Of a stretch of DNA of 64,000 bases, positions 50,972-60,954 are shown piece by piece; the stretch's first letter is position 1, and the number at the start of each line of letters is the position of its first letter. A program made the translations under genes and the position numbers. Below the pieces are notes generated by a model. That model searched no databases and had not been told where the DNA came from. It worked only from the letters and a program-made list of their open reading frames with translations. Source of the stretch: Piedraia hortae CBS 480.64 (taxonomy: Eukaryota); assembly GCA_010093745.1 (NCBI GenBank), contig MU005966.1:1-64000 (forward strand), given 5' to 3'.

Positions 50972-52426
50972 CTACTCCATTAGCCACTCAAATGCCTTTG
51001 CCGCCAGCTTTTGGGATGGCCGGTCAATTGCCCGGTAGTACAATTCGGTCGCTGCAATGGTGGTTATCGCGCCCACCACAAACACGGCAAAATTTGCCAA
51101 AGCCGAAGACGTCCCATTCTCGGTAAGATGCAGGTAAAGTTTGATGCCAGCCGTCCAAAGAACGAGGCTTTGGGCGACAAAGATGCTCAAAGACCGCCGT
51201 CCGATCGCCGTAAGCCACCTAGCAGATAACACTCGCTGGGCTCCTGCAGTAGTCTCCACAACGAGAAGTAGGCCGAAGATGACGAGGAAATTGTCGAGGC
51301 GTGGCAGCGGGTCGTCCATGACAAAGTCTTTGAGCGTCATGTTCTCGTAAATATCGAGGTGAGGGTGGAGTATGAGTTCCTTGTTTGCATAGTGAGGCCA
51401 TACGCTCCAAATGACCTTGAAAATGAGCCCCGCCAGGAGCATTCCCGCCGCAGGAATCTTCACTGGGACTTTCCAATGTTCTGTTATCTCTACCCCCTCT
51501 TCGAGACGCTTTTTGAGGACAGGATTGATCATGTAGCTAGCCAATAGCAGCGCGGCTGCATCGTAGAAGCCCCAGGAAGCCATCCACCACGCCCCCAACG
51601 CGAACATGAAGATGTACGGGCGGTGCCAAGTCGGGCGCACATATGGCAGAACGACCATCAAAAAGTACACCGTCCATGATTGCTGGAAAATGAGAGAAAC
51701 ACTCCACAACGTATTGGTCGGCCAAAACTTGTTAGCCGCCTGCCAAAAGTAGGATCGCACGACCCAGAAAATTCCAAACATGGAGTTGAAGGCAACGAGC
51801 GCGCTGTCCGGAACGTCCGGAGCTGGCAGCGAATCGTTAGGACGTCGCTCCTTGAACTTTTCAATGTAATGAACACCAAGCCCAGCGAAGATGGCCATGC
51901 TGAGGCCAGAAGCGATGGAAACGGCAATAGCCATGCGAATGATGCGGCGGATGACGGTACCGCTGAGACTGATGGGCGTTGGGTTCGTCAAGAAGAGAAT
52001 GCAGATAGAACGGGCGCTCAAGACAAAGAAAAAGGAAGCGATGAGCGAAGCGTTCCAAGCCCAAGAGGAGAGAACGATGCGGACCACGCTCATGCCAGTA
52101 GACGCATTGTGGCCCGGGTAGATGATGCGAGGGATAAAAGTCGCGAAAAAGGTCCAGAAGAAGCTTGAAAGAACGATGATACCGCGAAGTCCGTCGAGGT
52201 GTTTGTGCCTTGGCGCATTGCCATCAGCCAGATCAACAGCAGTGGAGTCATTGGCAGGCGACGTCGACGGCTTCATCGCGCGCAACCGCGACATGAGGCC
52301 CGACGACGTCTTCTCCTGCTGACCCGACATGGCAGATGTCTCAGTGGGCGTGCTAGTCCCGGTGTTTGGGTTTGGCGAGGCCAGGGGGAAGGAGGCCATG
52401 GGCGTGCTCTCCTTTGGGGTGTCCAT
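50972..52426 (-). CDS. Acyltransferase-3 family membrane protein (about 484 aa)
   Basis: LDGLRG, FFVLS, RRIIRM, LWSVS, IGRRSLSIF and YRAIDRPS motifs; ~10 TM helices; likely start MDTPKE at 52426. Confidence 0.87.
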   Translation of the reverse strand: MDTPKESTPMASFPLASPNPNTGTSTPTETSAMSGQQEKTSSGLMSRLRAMKPSTSPANDSTAVDLADGNAPRHKHLDGLRGIIVLSSFFWTFFATFIPRIIYPGHNASTGMSVVRIVLSSWAWNASLIASFFFVLSARSICILFLTNPTPISLSGTVIRRIIRMAIAVSIASGLSMAIFAGLGVHYIEKFKERRPNDSLPAPDVPDSALVAFNSMFGIFWVVRSYFWQAANKFWPTNTLWSVSLIFQQSWTVYFLMVVLPYVRPTWHRPYIFMFALGAWWMASWGFYDAAALLLASYMINPVLKKRLEEGVEITEHWKVPVKIPAAGMLLAGLIFKVIWSVWPHYANKELILHPHLDIYENMTLKDFVMDDPLPRLDNFLVIFGLLLVVETTAGAQRVLSARWLTAIGRRSLSIFVAQSLVLWTAGIKLYLHLTENGTSSALANFAVFVVGAITTIAATELYYRAIDRPSQKLAAKAFEWLME

Positions 52427-53301
52427 TGCGGCGACGGGATGTTGGGAGAAGAGGTGAGGTGAACAGAACCAAAGAGGAAAGGGTGCCTGAGTGGGGGCGG
52501 ATGCTAAATGTGGCCCGAGCGGTGCGGAATTCGGGGCGGACAGCGTTTTCGCCGGACAGACGAAAAGCCGCTCCATGCCCTAACGCCACCGCAGGTGCAT
52601 TCACGCTTTCCTGTTTGGGCCGCATCGCGTGTCGCAGGTTGGGAGCATCACTACCACTTTCAGACCCGTGGTGTGAGCTGCATCGTGGGGCCGGGGAATG
52701 AGCTGTGTACCTGGCACGTCCAATCGTGCCTGCGCTAGCCTCCTGACTCGTCGACAGCGTCGGCGCTGTCAACTCGTCGCTGTCGCCCGCCTGCCAACCC
52801 CTTTCCCCTGCCAATAATAGCCACCCCCACCCCTGTCAGATACCACTGCCGTCAGCGTCTCCACCTTCGTCACTCCACATGTGTAGTTCCCCACCCAGCT
52901 GTCATTTACGCAGGCAGAAAAACAACAAAAACCTAACGACCCCTGCACGTGGCGTTGCTGCCAATCCCGGCAAGCATAATCAATTCCGGGGCTGCCAATT
53001 CGCTTTCCCCACTTGACCCAATCATTGCTCGGCCGATTCCGCGCCGCTACCTTAATTACGCGGGCTTATGTTGCTGCGGGTGGGTCCGTATCTTTGCAAG
53101 AAATCCATCGTTTGGTTCTTCACTCTTTCCTGCCACCCTCACCCACCCACCGACTCTCGTTTTTTTCCTTCTCAACCCCTCAACGCTTCCCCTTGTTTGT
53201 ATCTCGCACCGACCCCGCGTCTTTTAACCACTTTGATTTTGCCGCCGACTTTCCCAAGAACATCACCCAAGCGCCGCTCCGGCTGCCCACGCTCGCTCAT
53301 A

Positions 53302-54965
53302 ATGTTTCCGCGTCTTTTCCGCTCCCACGGGGCCTCGAACCTCACTGAGCTCTCTCCGTTGTCCGACGATGGCTCTCCGCACAGTTCCAGCTTTCCGCTG
53401 CCAGCGCAGTCACAGGCGCCAGCCTCCCAGCCCAAAACTTTCAAGAAGGCGATGCTCTCGATGCGGGACCACTGGATGCGCTTCTCGGACTGGCTGACGG
53501 AATGGACGCCCGTCATCCTTGTCACCAGCTACTGGGTCGTTTGCACTGCCATCTTTGTCATGTGCAATGAGCCAGCCATTCGTTTCTTTTATTACTTTTA
53601 CATGGTGGTCAATCTGTACATTGCCGTCTGCGCCGCGGTGGAATCGTTTCTCGGCTTGACGCCTGTGCGAGATGCTGCCATGGCCGCCGACAAGGCCGAT
53701 GCCACGGGCAAGTTTCCCAGCTCCGACGAGGCTCTTCCGACTCTGGACATGGTTATGGTTGCATACTTGCCCAACGAAAAAGACATCGTTGTTGGACAAG
53801 TTATGTACGCGCTTGAGGAGCTCAAGTACCCGCGCGAGAAGCTGCGAATTAGTGAGTGCTTGCTGGTGTCAGGTGGATTTGACTGACCATCCAGACCTTG
53901 TTTATAACACTCCGAAGCCCATCGAACCGGTCGAGACGCAGCTGCGTGAGCTGGACGAGCAGTACGACCAGCTGCGGGTCATCAAAGTGCCCAACTCCAA
54001 GTCCAAGGCCGACAACCTCAACCATTTCTTCTCTCTTCCACCCTCTGGCGCTGATTACACGGGCGTCTTCGATACCGATCATTGCCCTCACCCGTACAAC
54101 CCCCGCTGGGCTGCCGAGCGTTTTATCCTCGACAAGCCCGATATCGTGCAAGGCCGCTGCATCGTCTACAACACCAACGAGTCGTTCTGGGCGAAAATGA
54201 TTGCGATTGAATTCGACAAGATCTATGCCATTGCGCATCCTGGCCGCAGCCGCATGTTCCAGTTTGGTCTCTTTTGCGGCAGCAACGGCTGGTGGCGATC
54301 GGAGGTGCTGCGTGAGCTGAAGATGCACGGCGAGATGTTGACTGAGGACATTGACTCTGCCCTGCGCGCATACGGTGACGGCAACCGTGCCGTCCACGAC
54401 ATGAACGTGCTGTCGTATGAGCTTGCGCCTAATTCGTTTGGAGCTTTCTGGAAGCAGCGGATGAGGTGGACCCAGGGTAAGTTTTGACGTCATAGGCTGG
54501 ATTGGCGGCCGCTTACGAAGTTCAGGCTGGACGCAGGCTTCAATTGTTCACTTGCCGCTTATCTGGACTAACCCGCCCCGTGGCCATCGTGTGCCGCAGG
54601 AGCGCCTCGGTCTCTTCTCGCTGCTCTTTGTGCGTGAGCTGAGCTACTACTTTGTCTCGCAGCACACGTGTCTCCTGCTCAGTTTCATCATCACGGGCTG
54701 GCCGAACGATGCCGGCAGCTTTGTGCGGCTCATTTTCTTCCGCTACCCGATGGCCGAGTGGTTCTTGTTCATCACCATTCTCTGTCTTATCTTCACTCTT
54801 TGGTTCACGGATCGCGTGCGCAGCGAATTCACCAGCTGGCGGGCGATGATTGTCTTCTCGATCATCTACACGCCCTACCTGATCCTGCAGAGCACCATGG
54901 GTCTGTTTGGACACGCAAGAGAACTGGTCAAGTACTCTTCGTGGAATCCGACGACGAGAGGGTGA
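53302..54965 (+). CDS. Processive GT2 glycosyltransferase, cellulose-synthase-like (523 aa; introns 53852-53894 and 54477-54525)
   Basis: Two N-terminal TMs, YLPNE, KADNLN, FDTD (DxD), LTED, QRMRW (QxxRW) and C-terminal TMs; both introns are canonical and give a continuous frame. Confidence 0.92.
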
Positions 54966-55246
54966 ATGAAGAGGCGGGTTATATGCTTTCAATGACGGGG
55001 CACGCAAGGGAATCTGGGAACAAAGGATGGCCGAGAATGGTCACATGGATCATGTCAGGAGGACAAAATCGATGCCAACGCTGCGCCGCGGCGAAGATAG
55101 AGGAGTTGGGGGATGGCGATAACGCGATAATCATAAAATTATTCACCAATTTCAGTCGTAGCGGCTGCTGCCAGCCTGCAAGGTGAAACAGCGATATGAA
55201 GTGACGTTTCCTACATTTTGCATTGAGAGGGATTTGTGCAACCCAA

Positions 55247-56488
55247 ATGGCAACAAAGAGTAAGTTGGACCGCATCGTGTTGATGCCCGTAGGCACGATT
55301 GGATGCGGCAAGACGACGCTCGCAGCAACGCTGCAGAAGCTGTTTGGCTGGGCTCACGTCCAGAATGACGATGTGAACGTCAAGTCGGGCAAGGCGCGTG
55401 CGTTTGCCATGTCCTGCGTGCAGGAGCTGAAGAGCCACGCAGCGGTGGTGGCAGACCGCAACAACCACCTGCGGCGGGAGCGAGACCAGCTGATGGTCGA
55501 CGTGGCCGCCAAGGTGCGCACGAGATTGGTGTGTCTGCATTACGTCCATGATGTAGCGAACGTTGGCCGCATCCAGAGAATCACGCAGGCCAGGGTCATT
55601 GAGCGCGGCGACAACCATCAGACGATCAAAATGTCGAACGGCGTTGAGCAGGTCTTCGATATCATGAAGGGCTTCATCGACCGCTTCGAACCGGTTAATG
55701 TCAAACAGTCGCCTGACGATCAATTTGACCTCGTCATCAATCTCGACCCGTGTGCATCGACCGCCGACAACGTGGAAGTTGTACTGCGAGACATGTGCAA
55801 GGCGTATCCAGGTCTTATCTCCAACGTACCGAATAAGGCTGCAATTCATGCAGCTGTCCGGGGTAAACATATACCGTCAGGGCCTGCGCTTACGACCCAG
55901 CCATCTACCCTCCAGGTAGGACTGTCTGCACCCAAGGTAGAGCAGTTACCCAGGGGACCGCCATCCGCTTTCGCGGTACAGCAGAAGCTGCAGCCGCCTG
56001 CAATGAAAGTTGTGTATTTTGCCGTGCACGTTCCGTCTGATCGCGTGGTTCAGCTCCTGGACGACGTCTTTCGCGACGTCGAGGCCCAAGTTAGCGACAT
56101 GTACCGAATGCTGAAGAAGGGTAATCGTTTACAGCGCACATTTCACGTCACGCTCATCCACCGAGCATCCTCTGGACAGCATGCTGATTATTGGAACAAG
56201 TTGATGAAGCAGCAGCAGCTCACCAACGGCCCGCTGGGCCAGTGTCGCGTGCGCATGGAAAGGGTTGTATGGGACTCTGAAGTCATGGCGTTTGTTGTGC
56301 GTCTCGAAGGGAGATTTCGCTCAGTTAACAACGTTGCGCATATCACGGTAGGGACGGTGTCAGACGCGGTGAAGCCGGCTCAGGCGAATGTTATGCTGGA
56401 CAAATGGCTTAGGGAGGAGGGTGGAAGTGATATCATGGTTGATGGCGTGGTCGAGCTGGAGGGTGCAGCAAAGGCGTTTACGTATTAA
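55247..56488 (+). CDS. Trl1-type polynucleotide kinase plus 2',3'-cyclic phosphodiesterase, lacking the ligase domain (413 aa)
   Basis: P-loop GTIGCGKTT, HVQNDD, ADRNNH, RGDNHQTI and two 2H motifs (FHVTL, HITVG). Confidence 0.85.
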   Translation: MATKSKLDRIVLMPVGTIGCGKTTLAATLQKLFGWAHVQNDDVNVKSGKARAFAMSCVQELKSHAAVVADRNNHLRRERDQLMVDVAAKVRTRLVCLHYVHDVANVGRIQRITQARVIERGDNHQTIKMSNGVEQVFDIMKGFIDRFEPVNVKQSPDDQFDLVINLDPCASTADNVEVVLRDMCKAYPGLISNVPNKAAIHAAVRGKHIPSGPALTTQPSTLQVGLSAPKVEQLPRGPPSAFAVQQKLQPPAMKVVYFAVHVPSDRVVQLLDDVFRDVEAQVSDMYRMLKKGNRLQRTFHVTLIHRASSGQHADYWNKLMKQQQLTNGPLGQCRVRMERVVWDSEVMAFVVRLEGRFRSVNNVAHITVGTVSDAVKPAQANVMLDKWLREEGGSDIMVDGVVELEGAAKAFTY

Positions 56489-56665
56489 TCTGCATGTATG
56501 CTGCAGGTCCGACATTCCAACATGAATGACCAACTCGATGGTACCATAAGCGTTCAGGCTGATGGAACGCCGAGGACAGGCTAGATAACGCCACCAGGTA
56601 AGCACGCTATTCAAAAGGCCCTTTTGCCCCCCCCTTCCTCCCCCTCCTCCCCCCCCCCCCTTACA

Positions 56666-58072
56666 ATGGCGATTTTCGGTGATCCAGAAAAAGGGGAGGA
56701 TAAGTTCAAGGCCGAGGACGATGGGTCGCCAATTGACACAATTGCGGCGCTTGTGCAGGAAGATCACCAGCATGATATCAAGTTGCGCACAATGTCTTGG
56801 CAAAAGGCCGCTTGGCTTCTTGCCGGCGACCAGGTCTGTCTTGCTATCATGGCCCAGACATGGTCACTGTCGGTATTGGGCTGGGTGCCGGGACTCATAA
56901 CAATGCTGGTAGCTGGTGTCTTCTTCTGGTTCACTTCGATGACGATGCACAAGTTCATCATGAGGCACAGCCATATTCGCGACATTTGCGACTTTGCGTC
57001 GTACTGCGTGGGTGGCTCGAGGATTGCGTACGAGGCAGCAGGCGTGATGCTCACTATCAACAATGTCATGATCATCGGCTTTCACATCTTTACCGGTGCA
57101 AAAATAATCAATACACTGAGCGACCATGCACATTGTACCGTCATCTACTCCGTCATTGTCATGATATTGGGCATCATTATGAGCCTGCCTCGCACCTTGC
57201 GCCATGTCAGTCTCATGAGCATGTTTTCAGCGGCCTGTATGGCCCTTTCTATCTTGCTGTTTGTCGTCTACGTTGGCATCGAAGACGCTCCATCCAATGG
57301 ACCTGGCAAAAAGGTCTACCCCCAACTTGGGCCGGTAAAATCTTACAACTACCCACCCAAGGGGACCAGTTTCGTCGGCATTATGAATGCCGTCTTAAAC
57401 ATCACCTTTCTCTGGGTGCCTCAGATCCTGTTTCCGACCTTTATTGCGGAAATGGAACGGCCTCAGGACTTTCCAAAGGCTCTTGCCGTGCTGACAGCCA
57501 TCTCGGCTGTGCTGTTCACCGTTCCGCCCGCCATTGGCTTCTACTTTCTTGGGCAGTACTCGACTGCCCCGGCATTTGGCAGCCTCGGCCTGCCCAAGTT
57601 CAAGAAGTCGTCGTTTGCGTTTGTCATTGTGCCGACGCTTGTCATTGGCGTCATCTATGCAAATGTCAGCGCAAAGTTCATCTATAACCGCATCATGGGC
57701 TCGTCAAGACATGCGCATAGCCATACTGTCACCGGCTGGTCGGCATGGATCGCGGTGATGGCGACCATCTGGGCTGTGGCCTTCATTTTTGCTGAGGTGA
57801 TTCCGTCCATGGGCGATTTCTTGTCTCTGCTCGGCGCCGCTTTTGACTCTTTCTTTGGATTCATCTTCTTTGCGCTGGCATATTTCAATATGCATCGGGG
57901 CAACTACTTTGCTGGGGCAAAGCGGTCGCTTGCAACTATTGGTCACGTCCTCGTTATGTTGGCGGGTTTGTTCTTGCTTGGACCTGGCCTCTACGCTGCC
58001 GTTGATGCCATCATAGATGATTATTCCGGGTCTACAACGCCTGCCTTTACGTGTGCAGATTCGTCTCTGTAA
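56666..58072 (+). CDS. Amino acid/auxin permease family (Aa_trans), Mtr-like neutral amino-acid transporter
   Basis: RTMSWQKAAWLL, LGWVPG, IRDICD, SLPRTL and AEMERPQDFPKAL motifs; ~11 TM helices. Confidence 0.88.
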   Translation: MAIFGDPEKGEDKFKAEDDGSPIDTIAALVQEDHQHDIKLRTMSWQKAAWLLAGDQVCLAIMAQTWSLSVLGWVPGLITMLVAGVFFWFTSMTMHKFIMRHSHIRDICDFASYCVGGSRIAYEAAGVMLTINNVMIIGFHIFTGAKIINTLSDHAHCTVIYSVIVMILGIIMSLPRTLRHVSLMSMFSAACMALSILLFVVYVGIEDAPSNGPGKKVYPQLGPVKSYNYPPKGTSFVGIMNAVLNITFLWVPQILFPTFIAEMERPQDFPKALAVLTAISAVLFTVPPAIGFYFLGQYSTAPAFGSLGLPKFKKSSFAFVIVPTLVIGVIYANVSAKFIYNRIMGSSRHAHSHTVTGWSAWIAVMATIWAVAFIFAEVIPSMGDFLSLLGAAFDSFFGFIFFALAYFNMHRGNYFAGAKRSLATIGHVLVMLAGLFLLGPGLYAAVDAIIDDYSGSTTPAFTCADSSL

Positions 58073-58324
58073 TTTTGAACCGTTTATGCTTAGACATATT
58101 CTTGTGCTCCCGTACATACCCAGATCAGATAAGACTTGGTCTTTCAAGCAATATTCGCTGTCACATCTAACGATTCGACTCATTAAAATTGACACCTTGG
58201 TGCAAACCTTTCAGCCCCGTTCCACTCACTGTCCACTCAACACTGCAACCTATTAGTCTGAAGGCCAACCATCAAGATCTACCCTCTGTTATCTTACCAC
58301 TTTGTAATTCACCATTTATTAGAA

Positions 58325-59437
58325 TCACCGCGTCCCATTAACCCCCTTCCTCCCCTCTCCCAACTGTCCAGCAACGCATGCCGCCTCCCTGACCGCTCTG
58401 GCGACCGCACCTCTCACATTCCCCTCCTCCAGCACCAGAAGCCCACCAATCGTACACCCTCCGGGGGTGCAGACTTTATCCCTCAGCACAGCGGGATGTT
58501 CCTTTCCCTCGAGCAGCAACGCCGTAGTACCGCGCATCGTCTGCGTCGCCATGATATAAGCCTCCTCCCTAGGAACACCCATCGCGATCGCGCCAGCAGC
58601 CATACTCTCCACCAGCAACGCCACAAAAGCAGGCCCAGATCCACACAACGCCGTGCAAGCATCCATGCAGCTCGCCGGTAAGCTCACCACCCGCCCGATC
58701 TTCGAGAAGATATACTCCACCACTGCGCGATCAGTAGTCGTTACTGCTGTTCCACCTTTCCCTTCCCCATTCTCAATCGAAACAACAGACATACTCTCCC
58801 TCACCGCAGCAGCCGTATTGGGCATGACCCTCACAACCCTACACCCCCCATCCAGAAACCCACGAATCGTCCCCTCCGTAATTCCCGCACATATACTAAC
58901 CAGCAACTTCCCCCTCAACGCCTCACCAATTCCATCACCACTCAACACCTTCTCCACAGCATACGGCTTTACGCAAAGCAGAACCACATTCGCGGCGCGC
59001 AGCGCGGGGAGTATATCCCCTACATGGACCGTAACCCCCGACGCGAGCGTGCCAAGTTCGGTTTTTATGCGCCCCGCACCCCGCGCGCTTGGCACGCACG
59101 CGTGGAATCTCGTAGGGATGGGGAGGGCTGAGTCGTTTCGCGCGGGTATGCCCGCATCTGAGCTGGAGAGGAGACCCCGCAGGATCGCGATGCCCATTGT
59201 TCCGCAGCCGAGAACGGTTAGTGTTGATTCATTCCCAGTGGGGTTGTGGGTATGAATGCTATCGCTGGAATTGGTGTTGGAATCCATGGTATCGCCGTTG
59301 CTGGTGGTCGTTTTGCTATTGCCGCCGGCGTAGGGATGCAGTTCCGCAAACTTCTTCCGTAGCTCGGCTTCTTGCGCAGCGAGAGTTGCTTCGAGGATCC
59401 AGTTGGGTGTTAGTTCCCGTTCGGGTTGTTCAGGCAT
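58325..59437 (-). CDS. PRO3: Pyrroline-5-carboxylate reductase (start 59437 or 59287)
   Basis: GCGTMG, LCVKP, SICAG, VRVMPNTA, ALCGSGPA and VCTPGGCTIGG motifs. Confidence 0.93.
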   Translation of the reverse strand: MPEQPERELTPNWILEATLAAQEAELRKKFAELHPYAGGNSKTTTSNGDTMDSNTNSSDSIHTHNPTGNESTLTVLGCGTMGIAILRGLLSSSDAGIPARNDSALPIPTRFHACVPSARGAGRIKTELGTLASGVTVHVGDILPALRAANVVLLCVKPYAVEKVLSGDGIGEALRGKLLVSICAGITEGTIRGFLDGGCRVVRVMPNTAAAVRESMSVVSIENGEGKGGTAVTTTDRAVVEYIFSKIGRVVSLPASCMDACTALCGSGPAFVALLVESMAAGAIAMGVPREEAYIMATQTMRGTTALLLEGKEHPAVLRDKVCTPGGCTIGGLLVLEEGNVRGAVARAVREAACVAGQLGEGRKGVNGTR

Positions 59438-59454
59438 CTTTTTTTTTTTTTTTT

Positions 59455-59694
59455 NNNNNNNNNNNNNNNNNNNNNNNNNNNNNNNNNNNNNNNNNNNNNN
59501 NNNNNNNNNNNNNNNNNNNNNNNNNNNNNNNNNNNNNNNNNNNNNNNNNNNNNNNNNNNNNNNNNNNNNNNNNNNNNNNNNNNNNNNNNNNNNNNNNNNN
59601 NNNNNNNNNNNNNNNNNNNNNNNNNNNNNNNNNNNNNNNNNNNNNNNNNNNNNNNNNNNNNNNNNNNNNNNNNNNNNNNNNNNNNNNNNNNNNN
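59455..59694. other. Assembly gap (240 N) next to a poly-T run
   Basis: Run of N characters. Confidence 1.
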
Positions 59695-59949
59695 AAGGTT
59701 TAAAAAGTGTGACTGCATGATGGTTTATTCCTTGTCTGTGAATAGCGATTAAGCAGAAAAAAATCTCGGCGTCACAGCTCCCTGCTCCGCATCTATCACG
59801 ACAGGTTGCGGTATATCTCGATGGTCGTAGCACTTGGTACATAGGGGGGACTTCAGGTTCTGATACGGAGTGGAGACACAGTAGTACCACAGTGAGTAGG
59901 GGAGGTACGTGTCAGAAGCTCAGAGCACGTCACCGTAGTGTAATTTTCG

Positions 59950-60883
59950 AGCACCGTGGCACCATAGCGTCAAGTGACTTGACACACTTATCCAAAACCT
60001 GGAGTTTCTCCTAAATAGACTTTTGCGTGTCGTAGCACTTGGTGAGGTCTTCGCATCTTGGCCAATGCAATGCTTTCACAATTGGCAGATGCGTGAATCA
60101 GGGGTCCAAGAACACCGAAAGTGAATGGTCGTTCCCAGTAAGTGTAGAGATTTGGCTCTCGTGGGTGAGAGTGCGCAGCGACCCGAAGAGGACGGAGCGA
60201 TAGACGGAACCAGGAACAGGACAGTTGTAGATGTGTATGAGTTCATATTAGTGTCGATATGACAGTGTGAATGACCTGCTATGCAAGTGCCCTGCATACG
60301 CGCTAGCGGCGATGCTTGAATTCAAGAGTAAGTGCGAGGAGCGATTAGGAAAAAGTGAACCAGATTCGGAGCGAGAAATGAGGCCGATTTTACTGGCTGA
60401 CGATGAGAGGCAATACTGCTTGCTGCAGGTCCAACCCCACATAAAACTATCCCGGAGACGCAGCAGCCAATGGGATAATTACGGCTTCGTTGCCGTTCAG
60501 GAAACGGACTCCCTAGTTTCCCCTTGTGCGGCGCTAAGAATCATGCTGGAGTGCCTTGATAAGACGGTCGTTCTGACGAGAAATTGCAGCAAGTCCAGCT
60601 GCTGGAATTGTACGAGCAGAGTAATGTTCCACAAAGGATATGGATAAGGAACTACCAGACTTTGATTGCCGAAATCCATGAACGAATGGTTGTGGACTCC
60701 ATGATTTTCAACGGCGACGCCCATCGAGTCAAGCTCATCAAGCGAGAGGTTAATTGCAAGGCCGGGCGCTACCACCATTATCCATTCGGTGGCACAAATG
60801 CACTCTGGGTCCGCAGTTTGGCAGAAGCTGTGCAAACTTTAGGGAAACATAAGGTACATGTCGAAAGACGGATGGGGAAATAG
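59950..60883 (+). pseudogene. Pseudogene, unknown family Y, interrupted by a deleted family-A LTR
   Basis: C-terminal ORF 60584-60883 is homologous to 61945-62259; frameshift near 60585; 5' boundary uncertain. Confidence 0.55.
60143..60327. mobile_element. Internally deleted family-A solo LTR (185 bp)
   Basis: Both ends of family A joined at a TGAC microhomology; perfect TSD GTAAG. Confidence 0.88.
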
Positions 60884-60954
60884 ATGGGGACGATTGAAAC
60901 GGTCGATACAGAAGCTCAACAGCAGTTGTGATTCACTTAGATAGACGTAAAATG

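Noticed and set aside
47451..58256. Many antisense and alternative-frame ORFs overlapping the island-2 genes
   Set aside because: Shadow ORFs expected in GC-rich coding DNA.
59197..59890. ORFs spanning the N run, including the 521-aa extension of P5C reductase
   Set aside because: Artefacts of translating through the assembly gap.
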